Shown here: positions 46,125 to 58,100 of the stretch, one piece after another
Layout of the letters: each line of letters opens with the position of its first letter
Position numbering within the stretch: the stretch's first letter is position 1
Assembly (NCBI GenBank): GCA_002269645.1
Contig: NIVC01002342.1
Location: 1-64,000 of the forward strand
Length of the DNA: 64,000 bases
Direction: 5' to 3'
Origin: Macrostomum lignano
Lineage: Eukaryota
Notes under the pieces: model-generated
What the model saw: only the letters and a program-made list of their open reading frames with translations
Database searches by the model: none
Told to the model about the DNA's origin: nothing
Position numbers and translations under genes: made by a program

Positions 46125-49100
46125 TCACTGAATGTTGCAGACTTTGCTCCTGTTCTTCTTCAGTGACACCTGGCTGGCAGTCAGCGCCTCCGCCTCCGCC
46201 TTCTCGTCTGCCACTGCTCGTCCACCGCTGCTCCGCTGGCGCGGCTGCGGCGTCTTCATTGTTGGCGCACCGCCGGTTTCGTTGGCCGCGGCCGCCGCCT
46301 CGAGCTGGCCGATGGCTACAGAAGTTCTGTGCCGCTGCAGCCTCCGCTTCGCTTCATCACCGGTGTCTTTTTTGCTTGCCACGTGCTTCTTTGATGCTAT
46401 GTACTTTTCCTGCTCCTCCAGGTACTTCATGTACTTTTTAACCGACTCGTTATACTGCGTATTGCCGAGCTTCAAAGCGTCCAGCTCCTTGTGCAGCAGA
46501 TCGCGCAGGAGGGCTTCGCCGGCGGAGAAGAGATTCTCCTGCGCGCCGGAGCCCGACGCCTCGTCGTCTGGCAACACCGTCACCCGGCCGTTGCCGGCTC
46601 TCTGGTGCTCCAGGCACAGCCACAGCAGCTTGCCGCTGCCCAGCGCACACTTGGACAGCCCGGAGTGGCGCTGCTCGCCCTCTGGAACATGCACACGGAA
46701 GACCGGATGAGACTCAGACAAAATTTCGAGCTGAGCGGCATTACAGGAGATCAATCAAACCTATGATCTATCAGTCAAATAAAAGTTCGAACATGGTCTG
46801 TATTTATGGATTGCTATTGTGGCCTGCTAAGGAAGAGTAGGAACTCTCTGAAACCGAATGCCCTGGGCTATTGCGCGTTCGAATCTCAGTTCTGGACACA
46901 GAACTAGAAGCTGAAATTTATGTTCAGTGACGAAAACCGTTGACTGTCATCGAGTTCTATATTCATGGTTGCGCATGAACTTGCGACCAAGTAACGCATA
47001 GAAATGCATTCACGGAGCACTGAGTTTAAAAAAACCAGCAAACGGACTTTGAGCAATCGACACCCGCCCCACTCACTGGTGGCATCCGTGTACAGCTGCT
47101 GCACCGTTCGGTAGGCGTCGATGAACGACTTCGGCGACACCGCAGCCTCCACACGGACTGCCTGCAGGAACTCCTCGGCTTGGATTCCCTCGAGGCAGTT
47201 CAACCGAATGCCGCTGGCCTGCAGCAGCGAGCAGATCCTTAGCAGGTACACGGAGGCGGCGGACAGCAGGTTTTCCCGGCCCGTCTTGCTGGTGGTCGCG
47301 AGGCTCACGGCCGGTCCGTGGGCGTGCCAGCCCTGTAGTGTTTCAAGGGATACATTGCGTTTTGGAAACCAAACCTATCATGCATTTCGACACTATAATC
47401 AATCTATTCTTAATGAGTGGAGACATTGAGAAGCATAAGTGTGAAGCGCGATGATGTTAAAACATTCCAAGCCATGGATCGGAAGTTGTCCCGGTGTCCC
47501 TCAAAGCCCTGCTAAGAACCGCTTGCGCTTCAATCTGCCATACCATGCAACTCACCCGCTGATTCTCGCAAAACACTCTGATCAGCACCTGTGGATTTGC
47601 GGTGGAAGGAAAAGCTGTATAAAATTCAATCAATGGATCACACTGCACATTACTGCAATTTTGGTAGGGTTCGTAGGTAAACCAACCAATTCTTCCAGCT
47701 TGCCGCCGTCTGAATCCTTGCTCCGGCTCTCGTCACTGAAGTCGGTGACGTCGCTGAAGTCCGGCACAAGCAGCCGCGGCAGGTCGCTGTGGCTGAACTG
47801 CTTGAGAAACCGGCGCTGCGCAAGCTCGGCCTCCTCTCGAAACAGGCCGGGCTGGCTTGGCAACGGCATAGCAACGGTGGTCTTTCGTTTCATCAACGGC
47901 ACGTTTGCCGATCTTTTTTCGGCCTCTTTGGCCAGCAGACTTTTGATTCCGGCAACCAGTCTTTTAAATTCCAAAGCCGGAACATCCTTGCGAAAGTCGA
48001 ACTCCTCGTAGCCCAGGCTGAGCATGCCCAGCTCTTGGGTCTTAAAGGCCTGCGTCTGGCCCACCACGACAGTCACAATCGGCTTGCGCAGGTTCTTTGC
48101 CGCGAAGCGAAACTCCATCATGCAGTTGGCGCTGCGCTGGTACTCGTCGCTGACAAAAGCCAGGACTAGCGGGCACCGGCCGAGGCCCGAGCTGATGTCC
48201 TCGAATAGGCTGCGCTGCAAGTGAAACCGGACAGGGAGAGCTTCGTGTCTATCTGCTCCATTTTTACTGTTCTAACAAATTCCCACAACATGCCTTTTAA
48301 AGACTGACACGATAACTACTAACAGCCCTATAATCTAAGGATTGATATCAGAGATACAATGAGCTTTAATGAATGTGTGAATGCTCTTCTTCACGTTACA
48401 CGTCGAGATCTTGAGATGTTTACGAGCATTGGAGATAAAATACCATCACTTCAAAGCTTTACTGACACATTCATCGATTTATAGTGTAATTAATATCTGC
48501 GAAACCTACGGTTCCAGTGTCCTTGACGTCGAGCCAGCATCGAATCCCCTCTGCTTCCAATCTCTCCCTGAGCCGACGCGGGTCACTGTCCTCGCAGCCA
48601 AGAGCTCCGTTTCGGGTTCCCTTCGCCACGGCGTCGTGAGAATTTGCCCAGCAGTAGGAAACAAAGACGTCCTTGTCGCGAGAGTCATCGTCACTGGGTT
48701 TTTGATTGGATGTTTCAACCGCAGCCGAGACGTCCTTGATGACCTCTGCGAGCTGCCCTTCGTAGACTGACTTTTTGGCTTCCGTCAGATCAATATACTT
48801 GTCTGTACCGACGAGGAAGGCGAGCTCGGTGCAGTCCCGCCACGACTTGTCCGCCCCAACGCTGAGGTAGACGAGCTTCTTGCGCAGGTTGTTCTTGGCG
48901 CTGAACAGCGAGTTCAGGCAGGCCTTGTCTGAGCCGAAGGACTTTGTGAGGAACACGAGCACAGCGCTACAGTCGCTCATGTGCAGCTGCTTGTCCTCCT
49001 GCTGCTCGGGGTACGGCGGGTAGCTGAAAAGTGAACAGCATCTGGGATAAGCAAGGTGAACAGAAGCGAGGTGCACCAGAGTATTCCGCAATGGCTTACC

Positions 49101-52100
49101 AGCTGAGCCCTTCTGCCTCCAGCTTCTTGGCCACAGCCTCAGGGCAAGTTGGTCCTCTGTCCTTGCCGTCTTTCGGAAAATCATCCGCAAGAAACAGCAG
49201 ACACACATCTCTGCTCATCTCCAGTCGAGCTCTGCGAAGCCGCAGCAGACTCTGTTCAAGCTGATGGTCGAACTCCGTCAGACTTTCTGGGCGGATGCTT
49301 GCGAGCAGCTGGCTCAGGTTTAGGATGTGAAACTCGAACGGGCACTGCAGGAATGACACCTGACGGCTGCTGGCCTTGCGAATCATGGCAACTCGGATGA
49401 CGCTGCGCTCACTGTCACCCGATGAGGAGTTCAGGCACTCGGGACAGGGCAGAATCTCTTCATAGTGGACGCCGTGGAACGTCTCCTTGATGAGACTGTC
49501 GAACACGTCGTTAATCATGAAGAGTACGTTCTCGGGCCTCGGTCCGAACACAGTCGCGATCAGGCGCTGTCTCTCGTCCATGGTGATGACGGCGATGTGG
49601 GCGTCCTTTCGGAGCAGCGAGCCGCGCTTCCAGATGGTGTTGCTGTCGGTGAACTCGAACAGCCGGACCTGAGCCCGGTTGAACAGCCCGGCTGGTAGGT
49701 AGTCGAACTGGTAGATGAACCTCGCCAGCGTGTTGCCCTCGCCGTCCGCCTCTTGCGGGAACGAGTACTGCGCGAAGGTGTTCGAATTAAATCGCTAATT
49801 CACAATGGATCTCGGTTTTCCTGCATGAACTATGGGCAATGGCTTCAGTCTAGTTGTTTGAGCAAAGCACCTGCACCAGCCGACGTAGCGGAAGCGCCGT
49901 GGCCAAGGGCGTACTGTGACACTGACAGACTGTTTTGTGACAGACTTGTAGGCCCAGAGTCTCAGCCCCAGACCGCAGTTGCCTGCCCCTCCTACCTGTT
50001 TCTTGAGCGCGTGTGCGCAAGAACTCACTAGTTTTTGTTCAAGATAGATAGATGGATAGAGACACAAAACACAAGCTCGTCAGAATCAAAAGTACCTCCG
50101 GCACGTCCTCTGGAAGCAAGCAGGGCACGATGTTGCAGTCCTCCTTCATCGCGTACGTTAAGTCGAAGGCCTCTGTAAGCTTCAGCAGCCACTCGTGAAG
50201 TGCTGGATCGAACTTGCTCCAGATCGCTGGAATGTCGGATCTTTTCAGCTGGCCGTTCTGCAGTTTGATGGGTTGTTAAAGTTCGGCTCAGGTTCATGCC
50301 ATGCTGATAATGTACAAGCTACTGTGACGGAGAAGCTCACCTGAATGGGCGAGTTCTTCACGCTGACAACGCACGCCATGACATCCACAATCCACTTCGG
50401 GTTGATGACCACTTTGTGTCTGAGGTAGTCCGTGTCGAAGTACTGCACCGAGCCGATGTCGTTCAGAAAGCTGACCGCTTGCCTCACGTGCTTGTCCTCG
50501 TAGAGGCCCTGCGACTGGGCCAGGTCGGCCACTTCCTGCCAGTCCAGAATTTTCACGTGGTCCCGGGTTCGTTTCTCGATCAGGCGGTCTTCAAAGTCCA
50601 GGAAGATCCGCGGCAGCCGCTCGCTCATGTACGGCTGCTGGAGGGCGACCTGAACCAGCTGCTTGCGGAGGTCGCCGATGCCCATGCCTGCGGTGGTGGG
50701 GAATGCGGTGTTCTGCTTAGGAGGGGAAGCCACCTGGGCAGAAAGACTTGCTGTAACTGCTTACCGCTGTGCGATGAAATGATGTGAAATCCGCAGATCT
50801 GAGGATATCGCGATTTGAACGTCTCCATGGGAATCTTGTCCGGTTTCTCCACCTGAAACAGTATATTTGTAACCTCCATTGTAGGCACAGTAAGGTGTTA
50901 GGTGACTTAAAGCACTTCTCACCTGATCAGCATGGGTTCCCACCACCAGAATCGGAGCGTTCGGTGCGTGGCTGGCGATGGAGCTGAGCCAGAAGTTCAG
51001 GCCGGCGTGCTCGTAGCCAGTCCTCACTGTGTACAGCAGCAGGTAGACAGCCCTGTGTGTGAGGAAGAACTGGTGGGTGTTGTAGTACACCCGCTGTCCA
51101 GCAAAGTCCCACGTGCTGAAGTGCAGCGGCGGACTGCCGTCGCCGATGTCGATTTGCCAGTCGCCAATGTCGATGCCGTCGGTGATCTCCTCGGCACCGA
51201 TGACGCTGGTGGTCCCGGTGGGACTGCGCAGGGCGCGCAGCAAGCTGGTCTTCCCAACTCCGCCTGGAAGCGGTAAGAAGCTGATTAACTATGCACACTG
51301 TTCTGACCGGGTACCACATGCTCCGGCCAGGAGAGACCCGGAAACTTACCCAGTCCGACAAACATCAGCTTTGTTCTCTTGCACTCCACTTGGTCGGAAG
51401 CGAGAAATTTGAGGTAGCTGAGCATAGCGCTCGAGCCCCTCTTGGCAACCTCCACAGGCGGAGTCTGCAGAGACGGGCACCTGGACACGTCCACGTGACT
51501 CAGTTGTGGCAGCTCAGACAGACAGGGCGACAGGGACTTCAGCCTCGGATTGTGATCGAGGACCAGCCTTTGCAGCTTTTTCAAGCTTTTTATCTTGTCA
51601 GGAACTTGATGGATTGCCTGCAGTGAGATGTGACGCTTGTGCACTCCAATGGCCACTGATAAAGTTTATCTAAAAAAAAACAGTTTCAAAGGAGTATTTA
51701 AGAAGCCACATATCCCGCTTACCTGATGCGAAAGTCGCAGCTCCCTGAGGTTGGTCAGCTCGAACAGGCAGGGCGGGATCCCGCCGGTGTCATCATCGTC
51801 CACGCTCTCCAGCCCCATGCGCGGCACGTCAGTCAGCATGTAGTGAAGGCCGCGGCAGTCCGCGATCCGTTTGGCTTGCTCCTCGGTGATGAGCAGGCTG
51901 AAGAACTGCTGCTCAGGCGGCACGGGCTCCAGGCCCGCCAGTGTAACGCCAGGGTTGCGCAGGTAAGTCGCATCCAAAGGCGATGCTGTTCCCGCGCCGC
52001 TGTCGTGCTCATCCATCTGGTCCGCCACTCTGTCAGGCCAAGCAATCCCGTCGATGACGAGCTCCTGCAGCGAGCGCAGGTTGGAGAACTCCTTCGGCAG

Positions 52101-55100
52101 AGTGCGGATCGGCAGCTGCAGGAGGTGCAGCATGGTTAGTCTGTCTAGCTGTCCGATGGATGCTGGAAGGGCAGTGATGAGGCACCTGTCAAGCGTCAGA
52201 GACTCGAGCTTGGTGCTGCAGGTGTTTGGCAGCTGTGAGACCTTCGCGATGCTGATGGTGAGGCTCTGCAGATTAGGAGCGTTGCAGTCAATGGACAGCA
52301 GGTCGGACTGGGTTATCGTGAGGCTTCGCAGGCGCTGCATCGGCCAGCTTTTGTCCAGACTCTGCATCTTCTCCATCCTGTGCAGATGGAGAGTCTCTAA
52401 TCCGGTGAGGCCCGTCAGGCAGGAGGCGCTGCTGATGAGGCGCGAGCTGATGAGGGCCGAGCGGACGCAGCTGCCGAAAGTGGCCAGAGTGGCCGCCACA
52501 GCCGCTTCTCCCTCGCCTGCAGCTGCGGAGCCGACCAGCTCGTCAATGAGGGTCGGGCTGCCGGCAGCCAGCTGGTGAGCCCTGCACACGGGCTGCAGGT
52601 CCTGGCCCTGCTGCTGCTGCGCCTGCAGAACCAGCGGCCCGCCAGGGGGCTGAGTGAACTCCGCAGTCAGGCGCTTCTTGAGGTCTTCGAGTCCATCGGG
52701 CTGCTCAGCGGCTGATGCGGCGAAGAGGCTGCGCCAGTGCGAGAGGGCGGCTCCGAGCAACAGCAGCCGCTTCACGACAGCCTCCGCAACTGAGCGGCAA
52801 TGGCCGGGGCCGGTGAGCAGCTCGTGGCATGGCAGCATCAGCTGAGGGTGGGGGTGGGGTGGCAGCATCAGCTGAGGGTGGGGGTGGGGTGGCAGCATCA
52901 GCTGAGGATGGGTGGGGTGGCAGCATCAGCTGATGGTGGGTGGAGCGGCAGCATCAGCTGAGGATGGGTGGGGTGGCAGCATCAGCTGATGGTGGGTGGA
53001 GCGGCAGCATCAGCTGATGGTGGGTGGGGTGGCAGCATCAGCTGAGGATGGGTGGGGTGGCAGCATCAGCTGAGGATGGGTGGGGTGGCAGCATCAGCTG
53101 AGGATGGGTGGGGTGGCAGCATCAGCTGAGGATGGGTGGGGTGGCAGCATCAGCTGATGGTGGGTGGAGCGGCAGCATCAGCTGATGGTGGGTGGGGTGG
53201 CAGCATCAGCTGAGGATGGGTGGGGTGGCAGCATCAGCTGAGGATGGGTGGGGTGGCAGCATCAGCTGATGGTGGGTGGAGCGGCAGCATCAGCTGAGGA
53301 TGGGTGGGGTGGCAGCATCAGCTGAGGATGGGTGGGGTGGCAGCATCAGCTGATGGTGGGTGGGGTGGCAGCATCAGCTGAGGATGGGTGGGGTGGCAGC
53401 ATCAGCTGATGGTGGGTGGGGTGGCAGCATCAGCTGAGGATGGGTGGGGTGGCAGCATCAGCTGATGGTGGGTGGGGTGGCAGCATCAGCTGATGGTGGG
53501 TGGAGCGGCAGCATCAGCTGGTATTCAGCCCCTTACCCTGTGCTGCATCAAAGCCCTGACGGCAGCCTGTGCTGTCAGGTGGCAGTCCAGAGCTGATGGC
53601 AGTGGGTGCTTCACTCCGGCAGAGTCCACCAGGTGCACGTCCGTCACGGAACCTGCGTGTTGGTTAAGCAGGGAGTCAATGATTTAGTGAAAATGGTCCC
53701 AGTGAGGAACTCAGACGGAATCCACTGAGCACGGTGTTTACTAACCGCTGTTGCACAGCAGGTGCGCTTTCAGTTTGCCAGAATCTGCTACATCCAGGAT
53801 GCTGGGCTGGCACAACAGGCGGCCCTCTTCGCTGGTGAGTTCGGGCAGGAAAACCCACAGGAAGCCGTGGCCAACGCCGGCCTTCTTCGCCAGAGACGCC
53901 AGCACACTGCGGCCGAAGCCGGCGGGCCCTCGGAAGCCGACGCAGCGGCAGGGCTGGCCGTAGAGGATGGAGTCGTCCGTCAGGTCGCTGGTCTGATTCC
54001 AGCGGGGCAGGACGTTCGGGCTGGGGAAATTGGGTATCGGTAGCGCCGGATCGCTGATCGTTGAGGCTGAAGTGGTGCGTGAGTTAAGCAGGCCGTTAGC
54101 GCAGCTGTCCACCTGCAGCGGAGTATTTCTAATGCTATTTCTAATGCTATTTCTAATGCTATTTCTAATGCTATTTCTAATGCTATTTCTAATGCTATTT
54201 CTAATGCTATTTCTAATGCTATTTCTAATGCTATTTCTAATGCTATTTCTAATGCTATTTCTAATGCTATTTCTAGTGCTATTTCTAATGCTATTTCTAA
54301 TGCTATTTCTAATGCTACGCGCTTACAGCTGAAGTTCGCTCTGTCTAGCCGGTCGGGAGCTCTGAAGCTGCCAGCACTGATGTCAACCGTCACTGCAGCC
54401 AGTGCGGCGTCTGCCGGTTGCAGAGTAACCGACTTGGAGTCGGCCTTGACGACCCTGCCGAGTTCGCCGCCGGGTTTTCTGGACTTCCCGGCTTCGAGTC
54501 GCAGCCAGTCGCCAGGGCTGAGCTCTCTCGAGTAGTTCACGGCCTGGAGTTGGAGCGGTCTGTGAGTTTCACTGCGCCGAGGAAAACTGAAGATATTCAT
54601 TAAAACCCACCGGGAAATTCGAAGCGCTGACGCAGACGGCGGCACCCGCCGAAGCGTTGAAAACCCAGCCGTAGTTTCTGCGCGGCACGAGCACCTTTCG
54701 GACGGTGACTCCATTCTCCAGCACCTCCAACAGGTCGCACGAGCCGCCCAGCTTCCTTCTGTTCTCCTCCCTGTCCTGAAGAGCCACGAGAGGTGCCGAG
54801 TTGTGCCGCGACATCTCCGGCTGCAGATCGAAGGTCAGCCGCTTCTCCTGGTGCCCCGCCGACTTGTTGTCCAGCGAGATCTCCAGACTGCACTCTTTGC
54901 GCAAGAATTCCGAAAACTCCAGCGACTGAGCGTCGGGACTCGAATCCGGGTCTTTGCTGCTCTCTTTTGGGTACAAAATGAGCACGTTGAGAATCACGAT
55001 TCTCTCCTGATCTTTGGGCGACAATGCGAAGTATGCCGTCCGCTTCTGGTCCTGCTCGCCGCCGGACAGTGCGGCACCCGGGTCCACCGTTGCAGAATTG

Positions 55101-58100
55101 CAGATAACGTGACGGGATGAAGTCACCTGGAATTCCGTGAGCTCGTACAGATTACTGCGGAAGGTGAACAGTGCCTCAATAATTGTTTTCATAACGGTTT
55201 CTCACCTTCAACTCCGTCTGCCCGGGGGCCAGCAGCTGCAGAGCGACTACAGCTGAGAAGCTGGGCTGCATCTCGGTTTTCTCCTTCAGGCAGAGCAGGC
55301 GGCTGTCTTCGGGGAAAATCTTCGCAACAGCGGTTGTGTCGGCAGGGTCATCCAGGAAGTCTTCCGTCACACCGACCGGGAGCTGCTCAGCGTAGGTCGC
55401 TGGCAGCCAGGGAATTCGGTTGGTCAGCCGCACAGCCTCCCTGGGCGACTGCATAGTAACGCAGGGGAACAGCCCCGTGGGCGGGACGTCCACCGGCTCG
55501 CTGACGTGGCAGTCCTCGAACGAGCCGCTGCCCCGCTGGTCCACCGAGAACAGGACCCGCGCCCGGCTGGGGCCCACGAAACGCAGCTGGCAGCGCACGT
55601 GGCAGCCCGGGGCCGCTTCGGTGCCGGAGAACTGGAACTTCGGGTCCGGCTCTGCCGCTCCGCCAGCTGTGAGCAGTCTGCGGTTTGTGTCAAGATGGCG
55701 TGGATATTTTGCATTTGCAATGCATTGGCTTTGAGTCCGGCTCAGCTTCAACTGAGTTGTCTTAGTCTAGCACCATCAATCAGGTGTCTCTCACCTGCCG
55801 TCCACGCCGCTGTAGCCAACAGAGCCAGGCAGCGTGCCGGGCTGGGCCATCACGGGAAAGTCGGCCGGCACGACTCCAATGGAAATATTTCCTTTAACGC
55901 CCTTGTTCTCAATGCCTGCAATGGAGTCACTTACAGTTAAGCGACGTACGCCAGTGGTTCTCGTTTCGATTGAGTTTTGCAGTCTGGCAACTTACAAATC
56001 TCAAACGAACTGCTGCTCCTGGTCAGGCGTCTCTCCCCGATCAGGGTGGCCACGGGAACGAATATGTTGGAGGCGGCCAGCCCAGCAGATTCCTGCAGCG
56101 TGTTGAACCAGTAGAACGCGACGCCCGTCTCCTGCCACACCGAGCAGAAGGACCTCAGAGCGAAGCTGAACCTGCGGTCCACGCCGAGTGCGCCGTCCAT
56201 CACATCGTCAACGGGCTGGAAGGCCAACCAGTGGGGATCCCAATCACCATTTATCGGCAAGAGCTAAAACAGCAAGCCGCGCTCACATTAACAGCGGACA
56301 GCCGGAAGGTGACAGTAATCGGCTCCTCCAGCAGCACCTGGCTTGTGGAGAAAACCGCATCTGCGGGCACGGTGCAGCAGACGCATATTCAGGCTTCGAA
56401 ATATCATTATAAAAAAGTTTTCATTTTCTCACCTGTCTGGCTTTCGGATAGCTTTGGATAAACCTCCAAGTACCTCGGCGTATGCTTTCTAAAATAGCAG
56501 AAGCGAGCAGAGGTCATCGAGTCAAGTTCTGCTTCATCTTCCTAAACCCCAAAAAGTTTTCGTATTCTGATGACTCTCTGATCAGTTTTGATTCGTGACT
56601 GATTGTTGCCAAGAAGCCATTCTGAAGCACCAACGCTTCGAAAAACTTTTCAATGAGACTTTTCTAACTATACAGCCCAAAAAGATTGGTCGTCAACTCA
56701 CTCCCAAAGCAGGACACTGAGCTGCGGCTGCTGGGAACCACTGGGGCTGATGCTGAAGCTGACCTCAGGCGCCAGCACCGACTGCAGCGGGGCGCTGGGG
56801 CAGAGCCGCACGCACCGGCTGCTGTCCGCGATGTCGCCATCGTCGATGTAGCCCGGCAGGACACGGCTGGGACGCACGTCGCTGCCAACCGCCCAGAGCC
56901 GCGCGGCGCAGCGGCCGCAGACGCCGCAGGAGTCACAGCTGGCGCCGCCGAGGGCGCCGCAGAGGCAGCGGCCGGGAGTGCCGGAGTCGATCCGGTTGAA
57001 GGCGCAGTCGGAGCCGCCGACCGAGCAGCTGCCGCACAGCGAGCAGACCGACTGCTGCGGCTCGCCGTCCAGCTGCTGCGGCTCCCAGCAGTGCTCGCTG
57101 TGGACGGAGCAGTTCTCTGCTCAGGCGGGGAACGGCGGTTGCGCTGACCAGTTTGTTACCGGGTAGTTCGAGAGGGTGGCTTCTTGGGCGACAGGAGACC
57201 CGCAGCGCAGGAAAGTCAGGGAAAATCAATGATAGTGCGCTTTTGTACTAATCCGTGCGCGTGCTCAGGGACCAGGGAAGCGACCATAACTGCTGGCCTT
57301 CTCTCTGCCTGTGGGTCAACTGTTGCCTCAGAACTAGCTCAGGGCATGCACACGGATGCGCATCTTACGTGAATCGGACAAGCCCATAAAAAATTTTGAT
57401 TCATGAGCCTCAAAGTAAATGAAGACAGGCGTTCACGCGTGTGTAAGCATGCAATCATCCATGGACTCAGAATTTCCACTGCATGCAAACAACCATGGAC
57501 TCAGAATTCCTTGAAATCCTCCCAAAACCCCGGCGCAGTCCCGCTGCCTACCCGGTTCGCCATTCGATGGCGCAGTCTCCGCGATGACGCCGTGCCTCAT
57601 CATGAGGCAGTCAGCGCAGTCCGTGAACAGGTGCAGTGCGGACCACAGCATCCGCTGAGTGGCCTCAGCCGCTCCACCAGAGCTTGCTCCAGCAGGCTGG
57701 TAGGCAGTCAGCCTCAGCAGCCGCTCCTCATCGTCAAAGTGCACCGCCACCTCCGCTCCCCACAGACACCTGACAAAGCCGCGGGCAGACAGGCAGCAGA
57801 GGGAGCCGAGATGCGACGTCAGCGAGCTGAGGGCCGGCAGGATTCGGTCCGCACTCAGGTTGATGCCGCGGTACCAGCGGTGGACGGCCGCGAGACCCAG
57901 GCCTTCGGCGTCCTTGGCGGACTTAACGGGCCAGTCCAGCTGCCTGGCGTTGGCACAGAACATGTTGGTGTAGAACAGCTTGGCATCGGCAGGCGACTCT
58001 CGAATTGGAAGCACCTCTAGCAGGGCTCCGGAGTCCTTGAATATGCTGATGAGGTGGTCCATCTGCAATGATGATTAAGCAGGTGGTTGAGCATGTGATT

